The notes under the pieces: generated by a model
The model's database searches: none
What the model was told of the DNA's origin: nothing
The model's input: only the letters and a program-made list of their open reading frames with translations
Translations under genes and position numbers: made by a program
In this document: piece after piece, positions 1-13,757 of the stretch
Position numbering within the stretch: position 1 is the first letter of the stretch
Layout: every line of letters starts with the position of its first letter
Origin: the human T2T-CHM13v2.0 reference genome, Homo sapiens
Assembly (NCBI RefSeq): GCF_009914755.1
Contig: NC_060937.1
Direction: 5' to 3' (one strand)
Length of the DNA stretch: 64,000 bases

Positions 1-730
1 TTTTTTTAAATTATACTTTAAGTTCTGGGACACATGTACAGAAAGTGCAGGTTTGTTACACAGGTATACACGTGCCATGGTGGTTTGCTGCACCCATCAA
101 CCCGTCATCTACATTAGGTATTTCTCCTAATACTATCCCTCCCCTAGCCCCCCAACCCCCGACAGGCGCCGGGTGTGTGATGTTCCCCTCCCTGTGTCCA
201 TGTGCTCTCATTGTTCAACTCCCACTTATGAGTGAGAACCATGCGGTGTTCGGTTTTCTGTTCCTGTGTTAGTTTGCTGAAAATGATGGTTTCCAGCTTC
301 ACCCGTGTCCCTGCAGAAGACATGAACCCATCCTTTTCTATGGCTGCACAGTATTCCATGTGCCACATTTTCTTCATCCAGTCTATCACTGATGGGCATC
401 TGGGTTGGTTCCAAGTCTTTGCTATTGTGGACAGTGCTGCAATAAACATACGTGTGTATGTGTCTTTATAGTAGAATGATTTATAATCCTTTGGGTATAT
501 ACCCAGTAATGGGATTGCTGGGTTAAATGGTATTTCTGGTTCTAGATCCTTGAGGAATCGCAACACTGTCTTCCACAATGGTTGAACTAATTTACACTCC
601 CACCAACAGTGTAAAAGCGTTCCTATTTCTCCACATCCTCGCCAGCATCTGTTGTTTCCTGACTTTTTAATGATCGCCATTCTAACTGGCATGAGATGTT
701 ATCTCACTGTGGTTTTGATTTGCATTTCTT
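1..730 (-). mobile_element. 5'-truncated L1PA-type LINE-1 3' end (ORF2 C-terminus plus 3' UTR) in CARS2 intron 3
   Basis: ORF 144..692(-) reads ...[38 protein letters not shown]..., the L1 ORF2p C-terminal Cys-rich region. The plus strand begins with the reverse complement of the L1 3' end (ttttaaattatactttaagttctggg). Confidence 0.95.
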
Positions 731-1664
731 AAAGAATTACCTTTTCACTAAATACTAAAAAACAGATGTTTTCATAACTATGGGTTTCAGATACATGTTT
801 TATTACATTGAAGTCAGACATTATTTTGAGGAAAGAAACTATTCAATACCATCTTAGGATCTTGCTGTGTACCAAGTATGGAAATTCTCTGGTTCAAAAA
901 TTAACTACTCTCTACAGTTAGAATGTTTAACCAATTCTACCAAGTTTTTCATATTCTAATCATAACATTTTTAAAAAAGTTAACAACCAATCCCTCCTTG
1001 TGGCATCTGTGAAATTAACTCTTGCTTCTTCCTCCCTTTACCACGCTGGCCACCTCCTCCTTCCTGCAGTTCTCTGCTCCCTGGATTCGGGGCTCTTGTC
1101 CCGCTTCTCTGATGGCAACGTTCCTGCCCCACCTTCCCCATCGCCCCCATGACACCCTCCGAGTACACTGTGTCCTCACCTCTCCTCCCATCCCCTGCGG
1201 GGCCCTTTCTCTGTCCCATGGGGCTCCCTCCAGAACTCAGCCAGTGTCTCAGCCTCTACCAGCTCCCTGCCACCAGGACATGGGGACTGACACAATTCTT
1301 TCTGATCTTGAAGATTCATGAGAGGCACGAAGCTACCAAGTGCTTTCATTTCAGGCTCTGGCTGCCCCGACGGCAGGTGAAAGCCCCGAACCACTGACCT
1401 TCCTTCTTTACCAGTGGGGCATTTCCAAACACCACCTCTGCTGAGGGTTACCTGGTGACTATGCATTCACGCACAGCCTTAGACATCACGCACCTGCCTT
1501 CTAAATCCTGCCTCTTATAGGCTGGGGGTAAGGATGTGAAGAAATACATTTAAAGTGGGAGCCGATTTCCAGCACTGCCAGTCTCTCAATGATCTGACTC
1601 TCAGTTGCAAGATATCAAATAAACTGTTCCCCCTTTGACCTAGCAATTCCGCTTTGGAAATTAA

Positions 1665-1951
<287 letters not shown>

Positions 1952-2404
1952 ACAGGAAATATATTTATAAGTAAACAAAACAAAAGCATATATGTTCATA
2001 GCAGCACTCTTTTTAACAGCCAGAAGCAATACAAACAGCAATTGGGAAAAGGCTAGAACTGCTAAACAGCCCCATGCGGTGGGAGACTACCCAGTTATGA
2101 GAAAGACAAATCAATAGAAAATAGGAAGACAGAGACCTCAGTGAAAATGTTCTTCAAGGACCTCACACCATTCCTTTGACTCATGCCTAAGAGACAAGAG
2201 AAGAGCTCTGTTCACTCAACAAATGACAAAGTTCAGCCTCTTTTCAGATAAACGCCCCAGCCCAAAGGCGGCCTCTGACTTCCAATCCAAATCTTTAGTC
2301 ACTAGTTCCACCCCATTTCACAAAAGGAAGATGCATGGGTGTGACGGGAGGTTAAAGAGGAAGGGAAGCCACAATGACAGACAAATGCTATAATTCAAAT
2401 CTCA

Positions 2405-3472
<1,068 letters not shown>

Positions 3473-5280
3473 AACACCGTCTAATGCTCTTGGAGGGTCA
3501 AACTGCCAAACAGCAGCCCACCACTGGACAATCCACAGGTGGTCTCCACAAAAAGCAGAGAGAACAGGGGTGGAACAGGTGCTGACCATGGACGCCGGTG
3601 ACAGGTGCATGGGTTCATATGCTCTTCTCTCTACTTCATGTATGTTAGAACATTTCCACTGTAACACATGCTGGTAAAAGCAGTGGTAACTGGCAAAGTA
3701 TCACAAGACTACATCTCGTCTACATCAAAATTAGGTCAGCTTTACTTAAATTCCTTCATCAGATTCAGGAAAAGGAAATAGCCAGTCATCCTAACTAACA
3801 CACAAATGAATAGACTGTCTTGTATGCTAAACCACAGTGAATTGTGAAAATGGGCAAAAATGTCCAGAGAGAATGGTGATTAGAGGAAGCACCCGCAATG
3901 GAGAAAGCCGACACAAGACAGCATGTGGGGCAAAGAGTGACAGCGTTTCATCAGAATGGCTTCTTTAGGAAAAGTCTTCCTCACCAGCAGTTAAAGTCAA
4001 AGGACCCACCAAAGCCCTTCCGGTAGAAGTGATGTGCGGGGCACTGGCCCCCAGCCAACAGGGAGAGCCCGAGGAGGCGCCTCCAATGTCCCACCTGCCT
4101 GTACAACCTCATCCACTGTGTCTTCCCAAAGCTTGCCAGGCACCACACTCCAGGTGTGGGCCAGACTCCAGTGGGGCCCTCAGCCTGCACGGGAAAGAGA
4201 CTTCTGCTACCCGCCACAAGTGCGCAGGCCATTCCCACCTGGCAGGGGTACTTGCCCAGAGATAGCTGAAGTCAGAGCTGTGGGAGTGGCCCTGCCCCTG
4301 AAGGTCTGTGCAACCTCAAGATGTGATCACCTTAACCTCTTGACTCTTCTGCAAGATGGGGACACATCCAATGAACCTGAGTGGAGGGCCACCTTACAAA
4401 ATCAAAGTCCTACAATCCTTGACAGTGTCAAGGACATGAGACAGGGAACTACTGAAGACTGAAGGAGACCGAGGAGACAACAGGACTCTGGAAGGGGTTC
4501 TAGAACAGAAAAGAAAGAGGCGCTCGGGGACAGGGACAACACCTGGGGTTGACGTCCATGTCACCCACACCAGCGCACTGCATCAATGTCCGGTTCCTGA
4601 CTGGGAGGGCTGTGCGGGCCTCGAGAGCCAGTGACCTTGCTCTGAAGGCACGCGTGGCGTGTGCAGAGAGGGGAGGCGGCCTGGTGGGAAAAGTCTAGAA
4701 CAGAGAGAAGATGATGGCCCAACGCAGCCAACAATGGCCACGAGGAAACCCAGGGTGGCTGCAGGAGATCTTTGTACTATTCTTGTCATTTTTCTGTAGA
4801 TCTCAAATCGCTTCAAATAATTTTTTAATATGGAATAAAATGTGTTAAAAAAAGCACAATAAGGTCTGCTCTGCGCAGCACACAGGGTTGTTCTGAGACT
4901 GAAATACTAATAGATACAAAAAGTACTTTTTAAACTATCAAGACACAGACATGAAAGGCATCATTAGCACAAATATGAATACGTCCAATCAGTGGGTCTG
5001 GTTCCCTCAGTAAAGAGAAAGTCAAGTCATTTCCCTTGGAGGCCGAGGGGCCAGGGGAGGGAGTAAGATTGGAGCCAGGAGACGACCACAGAAGGAGGTA
5101 ACGACACGAGGCCACAGAAAAGCCTTCAGCGATCACAATACGATAGATGTTAACTTCCTTTACTAGGGCACCAAAGAAACCCTGCTAACCCAGCACTGTT
5201 TCATGTCTCAGATTACACCCACTGGCCACACATGGACAATAAGATGTGAGAACTACTTGTAAAATGCAAACAAGAACCAC

Positions 5281-5580
5281 TTTCTTTTTTCTTTTTTTTT
5301 TTGAGACAGAGTCTCCATGACCCAGGTTGGAGTGCAGTGGCACAATCTCCGCTCATTGCAACCTTCGCCCCCCCAGGGTCAAGCGATTCTCCTGCCTGAG
5401 CCTCCTGAGGAGCTGGGATTACAGGAGCCCGCCACCACACCTGACTAATTTTTGTATTTTTAGTACAGACAAGGTTTCACCATGTTTGTCAGGCTGGCCT
5501 CAAACTCCTGACCTCAAGTGATCCACCTGTCTTGGCCTCCCAAAGTGCTGGGATTACAGGCGTAAGCTACCACGCCCGGC
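5281..5580 (-). mobile_element. AluS-type SINE
   Basis: Antisense Alu with TSD caagaaccacttt at 5271 and 5581. Confidence 0.92.
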
Positions 5581-5655
5581 CAAGAACCACTTTCAGGAAG
5601 GGCTCAGAACACTAATCAATGGCATTATCAATAGATGTAACTCTTCTCCACTTAC

Positions 5656-5773
5656 CTCATTGGCTCTTTTGATGATTTTATCATCTACATCTGTAATACC
5701 CATCACCATGACTATGCTGCATCCAAAAACCTTGGTTAGGATCCTTCGAATGATATCAAATCTAACATATGAG
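5656..5773 (-). CDS. CARS2: CARS2 coding exon 3 (118 nt): (C)[39 protein letters not shown]
   Basis: Minus-strand acceptor ttttttctttcag and donor GAG|GTAAGT; continues the frame from exon 2; contains the CysRS motif [12 protein letters not shown]. Confidence 0.97.
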
Positions 5774-8051
5774 CTGAAAGAAAAAAAGTGTCAGGATGTC
5801 TTTATTACACAAAGTCATCAGTTATCTTTGTAAAAAATCCATTACATTTTAACATGCTGCTCCATAACTTCTACTGTGTAGCACAATGGACAGGTCAGCG
5901 GAGCAGGTACAAGGAAACTCCCTCTCACTGATGGCACCAGGGCCTGCGCCACAAGGGTTCTCAGGAGAAACTGACAAAGGCATTGCATCAATTTCAGGAC
6001 ACAATATTAGCATTTTTAATTTTGGAGTTGTTGCTTAAGTGAGTTGAAGTCTATTTAATTGTATAAAAATTCACTCATAATACAATCTCTCAGTTAAGAT
6101 CGTGTTTTCACCATTCTTGTTCATGTTCTAGAGTAATTCTAATTTTTCACTATGACAAAACAGAAGCAAATACCAAATCAAAACAAGTACGATCCCATTA
6201 AAGCCATATAAGATTACTCCTAAGAATGCACACACTAGTGTAGAATATTTAAAAATGCCAGCTTATTTATATACTACACTGGGGTAATTCAGACTTGTAA
6301 AACTAAAAGGGTTTAAAATCTACTTAGCATCTCAAGAATCTGTTTTCCCATAAAAGTTACCTTAAAACTCAAGGTTATCTAATGTCACACTCACCTCTGC
6401 TATCCATGTGGCCTAAATTTCAGTTCGTAAAATTGTTTTCTCTTAGGGTGGTGTGGGGGAATCCTAGCCATGTTATTGTATCACTTTAACCTCCCACACA
6501 CCCCCTCCCTCTCCAAACACAGCTGAGACCAAATCTTGATTCCAGGGACAAAACTATCTCCAAAACTCAACAAGATAATTAACCTCTTACAGCTCAGTCG
6601 GCTTGCTTATAAATTTGGCAAAATCCCACCACCTAACAGGACTGCTGTCCAGCCTTACAGCCTGTGCAGCATGAATTCTAAAAACACAAGCTATTATTAC
6701 CATTCTCATCACCATGCTCCTTCATTCACCTCAAGTTGGGAAAGAGTCTAAAAGATGTGAGATTTACAAGAAAAAAATTACAGGAACCTAAAGCAAATGA
6801 AAACAAGAGTCAAGTCCCTTGCTTGGCCCAGAGGAGCCCAGGCTGAGTCCCGGAACTGCCCTTGGAGACAGCAGAGGCTCCACAGCTTGGCAGAGCTGGC
6901 GGAATGCAGGGTCATGAGCAATTTGAGACCCTGAGACGCTGCAGGCAGGCTGTGACCACAGGGGCCACTCTATACACAAACACGCACACACACGCCTTGC
7001 AAGTGCCGGGCAGCCAAGTCTGAAGAACATGGCATCAGGAGACCTCAGCTTGCTTCTGTGACTCCACCATGAACCATGCTACCGTCAGCCCGGCTCTTTC
7101 TGCCCCATTTTCTCCATCCACTGGGTGAGTGTGCTCATCTGGGTGATCGCTGAAATGATTCATTTGCTAAGAGTCTTCCCTCAAAACGCTCCAGTGTGAC
7201 TCCGTCTACCATGGCATGAAATCCAAACTCTCTGGGCCAGACCACGCAGCACCCTCCCCAGTCTGGCTGCAACTGACGCCCCATCCCTTCCCCTGCTCCT
7301 CCCCCCTAGCACCAAACTGATCTATTTGTTTTCCCCAAACAGGGTTTCCATCCCTCTGACCTCTTCTGGAAATGGTGGAGGCTATTTTTCAGGGTGTCTC
7401 TTTCCAGTGAACTGAGTGCTACCCATTGCTCAAATTCTACCTTTCTGCAGCAGGCACTGTGTGCATCCCTGTCCTGCTGGAGCTGAAATAATTACATCAT
7501 GCTAACGACATCAGATGGTTGCATAAATAACCACTGAAGGAGTACAATGCTAGGAGAGCTGAGATGGGGAGAGGGAGGTGGGGCAGGCCAGCCCAGCAAA
7601 GGCCTGGAGGGGTTGGCCAGGCTGACAGGAAGGTGGTCAACAGGAGAGTCCCAAGCTCCCACCAGCCCCTGGGAAGGCCCTGTGTGGACACAGCTTATAA
7701 CATGCATTCAGCTGCGCACTTAAGATGTGTATTCTTTTCTGTAGTCATAAAGGTAAATATTATACAAATTTAAACTGCAAGACTTGACTCTCCTAGTTGG
7801 AAATGAGAAGAGATTCTCTCCCCAACAACTTTTAGGATTTCTTCCTCAGTCCTCTTCAAATGCATGTCAATCTTTTAAATGGCTAAATAAACCTCTTGGC
7901 AGTTTTACAACTCAAGAAAATTTCAAAACCTGGGACCCACCTCTGAAATGTAATCAAGGAAAATAACGCCCCGTTTCCCAGTGTCCTGGGAGGAGATGGG
8001 CCTACCTTGTCATCTGACTCCACACTGTAACTCACCTGAAGCAATGGGTTA

Positions 8052-8382
8052 TGCTATGGTCTGAATGTTTGTCTTCCCTCCAAATTCATGGTTGAAACCC
8101 TAACTCCCAAGGTGACGGTTTTAGGAGGTGGAGCCTCTGGGAGTGACAAAGTCATGGAGGCAGAGAGCTCATGACTGGGGTTAATGCCCTCATAGAAGAG
8201 ACCTCAGAGAATTCCCTCTACCTTCTACCATGTGAGGACACAGCAGGCAGACCCTCAACAGACACCAAATTTGCTGGTGCCTTCATCTTGGACTTCCTAG
8301 CCCCAGAAAGAAAGAAATTTCTGTTGTTTATAAGTCATCCATTTTAGGATATTTTGTTACAGCAGACTCATAGACTGAGACA
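8052..8382 (+). mobile_element. MaLR solo LTR (MLT1A/MST-like)
   Basis: Termini tgctatggtctgaatgtttg...tagactgagaca; internal ccatgtgaggacacagc and gctggtgccttcatcttggacttc motifs. Confidence 0.8.
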
Positions 8383-8571
8383 GGCTGTATCCCCAAAGCT
8401 CCATAGAAGGATGAGATTTCTTTCTGTCTTTGCAGTTATTTTAGCTCATCCCCTTCTGGTTTAAGGCTTATTCAGTAACAGAACTGTTTTCTTTCTCTTC
8501 TACCTTTGTGGAAAGGTTTTCCAGGGTGGGGGTTTTGTTTTTAATATTTCCCCAACATATTTTATAATTCA

Positions 8572-9003
<432 letters not shown>

Positions 9004-9738
9004 CTAGGACTGAACAATACTAAGTTTTAAAAAATCTATAATATGTCATTTTTGTACATTATATTTTGGAAATGTACGAAATATTAGGAAAAGTGGTAAT
9101 TTTGGCAAATGTAGGAGGCAGTACATCTTACAGTTAAAGAGGTCAAGAGAGCAACCACTTCGCAGTCAGAGAAACCAAGCCTCACCCCAGTTCCAATACC
9201 TCTTCAATGTGTCATCTTAGGAAAGTTACTCAATCACTATTGAGCCCCGTGACATCTCACATGTGAGGTACAGTGTTAAGCAGCATTTTATGGGCATTAT
9301 TTACTAAAATTGTTATAAGATCCAAGTTATCATTCCCATCTCAAAGATGAAGAAACCAGGACTCAAAGCAATAAAGTGACCTGCTCAGTGCTGTGAAGCT
9401 AAGAAGTGGTGGGGCCCAGGAATGACTGATCAGCAGGACCCCGGGACCCCGCAAAGGCCTCTTGATGTCACTAAACCCAGCAAAAAACATCTAGTTCCAA
9501 AACGGGTCATTTTTCAGTGCTCCATTGTCTCCCTGAGTTTCCTCACCTGTAAAACGGGTGTAAGTGCTCAGAATCCCTATAAGAACCAAATGAGGTTGTA
9601 ACATTTCCCACAATGCCTGGAATGTAGGAATTATTCTGCATCCCTAAGTTGCCACTTAAGAGATAAAAGAAATCAGCAAAAGGCTTTCAAAAATAAATGG
9701 TCCTTTGAAGTATGAAAATTCAAATCCAGGAAACTCAC

Positions 9739-9789
9739 CAAGCATGGCCAAGGTGCGCATGATCATATACAGTTGGTCCACAGCTATAC
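9739..9789 (-). CDS. CARS2: CARS2 coding exon 2 (51 nt): (W)YSCGPTVYDHAHLGHA(C), containing the class I HIGH motif (HLGH) and Cys78
   Basis: Acceptor tttgtttccag and donor TTG|GTGAGT; CGPTVYD..HLGH is the CysRS signature. Confidence 0.97.
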
Positions 9790-9949
9790 CTGGAAACAAA
9801 GTTAAAATCCATCGTGTGGAACATATTTGCAAGAAAGGACATTCGATTCTGAGTTATAATGATCATATAATTTTTAAAGTAATCACTTCTGGGGGATGAA
9901 TAGCCGGGGTTTTCATACTTGCTCAATTCACACCCAAACCTGCAAAAGC

Positions 9950-10720
9950 ACCGCGCACCCCCAGCTTCTAGAACGGCGCCCTCCATGCAGCTTCCTAAAC
10001 GCCCTCCCCGAGCCCAGATCCCGTTCAGCCGTGGGAAGTCTCCGCCACGATCGGCCCCCGCCCGTGCCCCAGTCCCGCGCGGCCCACCAGGAGGCGGCTT
10101 CGGCGTGCGCCACGATTAGGGGTTCCTTCCTCCCGGTGAGGCTGTTGTACACCTGCACACCCGTCTCCCGGCCCGTGGGCTGCAGCCAGGCCCGCCCGCG
10201 CCCCCCGCTCGCCGCCCGGCCCGCAGGCCAGTGCCACCCAGCCCGCCCAAGGCCCAGCGCGGCCTGGAGCAGCGGGGGGCCCAGGCCTGGGCCGCGCGTA
10301 GTCCTCAACATGTCAGCGGCCAGCGCCTACGACTGGGCGGAGACGGGAGCCACGCCGGATACGCTGCCGGTCGCTCAAGAGCAGCACGGCCCCGCCCCGC
10401 CCCGCCCACGCCCTTGGGGCCACGCCCACTCCCGGAAGCAGTCCTCAGGTAGCGCCTCCCTTTGGCCTGGCTCGAGTCGCCCGCGGCAAGGGTGGAGAAC
10501 CAGGGCCCGAAGAGGTTGGGGCGGGGAAGGCCCGGGGTGGAGGGAGGAGGGCGGTGCCGCGCCGGGAGGCCGTGGAAAGAGGCGGTACCGTGCCGATCTC
10601 CTCTCCTTATTAGCCCAGGTCCTGCGAGGCGTCCGTGTGCGCGCGGTACCAGCCTGGAGCTGTGTCCGCCGCGCGGGAGGAGCGTTTACAGTGCAAGCTT
10701 CTGTTGCCGGGCCCTGGCCT
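9950..10720 (-). promoter_or_regulatory. CARS2 CpG island / TATA-less promoter
   Basis: High CpG density; tandem GC boxes ccccgccccgccccgcccacgccc at 10390-10413; ETS-like CCGGAAG at 10432-10438, about 120 bp from the ATG. Confidence 0.85.
10088..10311 (-). CDS. CARS2: CARS2 coding exon 1 (224 nt): mitochondrial targeting peptide and start of the catalytic domain
   Basis: ATG at 10309-10311(-), [25 protein letters not shown]...[14 protein letters not shown]; Arg-rich presequence lacking acidic residues; donor CTG|GTGGGC; phase 2 matches exon 2. Confidence 0.97.
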
Positions 10721-10729
10721 GTTAGCGAA

Positions 10730-11505
10730 GCACGTGTGCATCCCAGCACAGCCCACGTCAGCACGCTAATACACAGTGTCCACCCCAGAACACACGTCAG
10801 CACCCCAATACAGTGTGCACCCCAATACAGTGTGCACCCCACACATCTGCGCCCCAATACAGTGTGCACTGCAGCACACCGTTAGCATCCCAACACAGTG
10901 CACCCCGATACACAATGTGCAACCCAACACACAGTCTGCACCCCAAGAAGTGTGCACCCCAATACACAGTATGCACCCCAGCACACACATCAGCATCCCA
11001 ATACAGTGTGCACCCCAATACAGTGTGCACCCCAGCACACACATCTGCACCCCAATAGTGTGCACTGCAGCACACCATCAGCATCCCAACACAGTGCACC
11101 CCGATACACAGTGTGCAACCCAGCATACAGTCTGCACCCCAATACACAGTATGCACCCTAGCACACACCACATCAGCATCCCAATACAGTGTGCACTCCA
11201 ATACAGTGTGCACCCCAGCACACACCATGTCTGCACCCCAGTACAGTGTACACCCCAATACAGTGTGCACCCCTAATACACTGTGCACTCTAACACACAC
11301 CATGTCTGCACCCCAGTACAGTGTGCACCCCAACACAGCACATGTGCATCCCAGCAAACACTGTCTGCATTCCAATGCAATGTGCACCTCAATAGAGTGT
11401 GCGCCCCCACACATCTACACCCCAATACAGTGTGCACCCCAATACACAGTGTGCAACCCAACACACACCATGTCTGCACTCCAATACACAGCATGCCTCC
11501 CCCAC
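10730..11505. repeat. Complex minisatellite built from ~17-21 bp units (core AGTGTGCACCCCAATAC), with a ~196 bp higher-order duplication
   Basis: Repeated cagtgtgcaccccaatac / cacaccatgtctgcacccc units; the block gtgtgcactgcagcacacc...cagtctgcacccc occurs at ~10862 and ~11058. Confidence 0.93.
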
Positions 11506-11546
11506 CATGATCCCGTATCTTGAGAACAAAAACATTCTGAAAGTTA

Positions 11547-11900
<354 letters not shown>

Positions 11901-12784
11901 TCAAAAAAAAGAAAAAGTCCCCTTTGCTTTTCCAGTTCTCAAAACAGGAGACGTTCCTCTGGTTTTTTGTTGTTGTTTTTAGTTTGCTTTGGTGTTTTAT
12001 TAAAAAGCAAAGGTTTAAGTAGAGACAAACAAGTGTGTACCTAGAGTAGTTTCTCAATATCCTGGAGTCCAACTCTGCAATTCTGTTTCAAGCTAACTGT
12101 AGTCTAATGTAATCTATTGTCTAATTTAATAAGGTTAAAATGTTAGAATTAGGAGACCCTATAGCCTACATCAATGCTAACCACTCATGTTACCTAACTA
12201 CTCTAAATTCTCCTGAATATTATCACTTCTTGCCTGCCTTATGTTATTTTGTAACTTTCCAGTGCTGTGTGTATATTTATCTCCCTGAGTATCTTAAATT
12301 GTACATTATTTTGAACTTCTCACTGTGCCCTGCACTAAATTCAGAAAAGGACTTGGGTTTTGTTTGTTTGTTTTGTTTTGCTGTGGCTGGAAAAAAAAAT
12401 TTTAGAAGAAATAAAAGGGCTTGTTGAATGTTGATGAATTAATCCCTTACAAAAGGGATTAATTGTGCAGGTGGGAAGAAATCTGGGTAGTAAAATACCT
12501 GATAAAGCTGATTCAGATATTAGATGTGCCAGTAAATAAAGCAAATTAACAAAAAGCTCAGTTGCAATCTGTGAGAACACACGAATTCAAGGAAATAACT
12601 GGAGCAGAGATTCTGAAAGCAGCTTAGTAACACTGAAGATCAAATCTGCACATGAATCTGGACATGCGGTATATTTGAATTGTTCATAGAACATCACAAC
12701 TTTTAAATTAACAATAGTATCTTCTGTCTTCAGAAAATTCATGTAATGTTTTTAGCCCCTCACTGGCAGTGATTCTATTATGTT

Positions 12785-13595
12785 TTCTTTTTTTTTTTTG
12801 AGGCAGTCTTGCTCTGTCACCCAGGCTGGAGTGCAGTGGCCTGATCTGGGTTCACTGCAGCCTCTGCCTCCTGGTTCAAGCAATCCTCCTGCTTCAGCCT
12901 CCACAGTAGCTGAGATTACAAGTGCACACCACCGTGCCCAGCTAATTTTTGCATTTTTATTTTTATTTTTATGTATTTATTTTTGAGACAGAGTCTCACT
13001 CTATCACCCAGGCTGGAGTGCAGTGGCTCACTGCAACCTCCACCTCCCAGATTCAAGTGATTCTTCTGCCTCAGCCTCCCGAGTAGCTGGGATTACAGGT
13101 GCGTGCCACCACGCTCAGCTAATTTTTGTATTTTTAGTAGAGATGGGGTTTCATCATGTTGGCCAGGCTGGTCTGGGACTCTGGAACTCCTGACCTCAAG
13201 TGATCCAGCCACCTCAGCCTCCCAAAGCGGTGGGAATACCGGCCTAAGCCACCATACCTGGCCAATTCTCTTTTCTCTTTTTTCTTTTTTTTTTTTTTGA
13301 GATGGAGTTTCACTCTTGTTGCCCAGGCTGGAGTGCAATGGCGTGATCTCCTGGGTTCAAGCGATTCTCCTGCCTCTTTCTCACGTCTCCCGGGTTCAAG
13401 CAATTCTCCTGCTTGTCTCCTGAGTAGCTGGGATTACAGGCATGTGCCACCATGCCCAGCTAATTTTGTATTTTTAGTACAGATGGGGTTTCTCCATGTT
13501 AGTCAGGCTGGTCTTGAACTCCCGACCCCAGGTGATCCGCCCACCTCAGTCTCTGAAAGTGCTGGGATTACAGGCATGAGCCACCGTGCCCGGCA
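12785..13595 (-). mobile_element. Cluster of three antisense Alus (partial ~12785-12960; ~12960-13263; AluSp-like ~13270-13595)
   Basis: Three successive T-tail plus Alu consensus blocks. Confidence 0.88.
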
Positions 13596-13757
13596 GCTAA
13601 TTCTGTTTTCTTAAGGCTTTTGCGGATCATCAAAACAAGGAGAAACATAGCTCATTACCTAATGATGGTTAGAAATGTGATCTTTTTGCATATTGAATAT
13701 CTGCAGGTTGAATATTAAGGTAAAGTAAAATAGACTGCTAATGCTCTTCATTACTAT

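Noticed and set aside
9896-10885. 329-aa plus-strand ORF antisense to CARS2 exon 1
   Set aside because: Explained by stop-codon scarcity in the CpG island plus minisatellite; low-complexity P/R/A/G sequence with no domain.
10730-11505. Repeat array superficially like CRISPR
   Set aside because: Units are contiguous and degenerate with no unique spacers, there are no cas genes, and the DNA is human.
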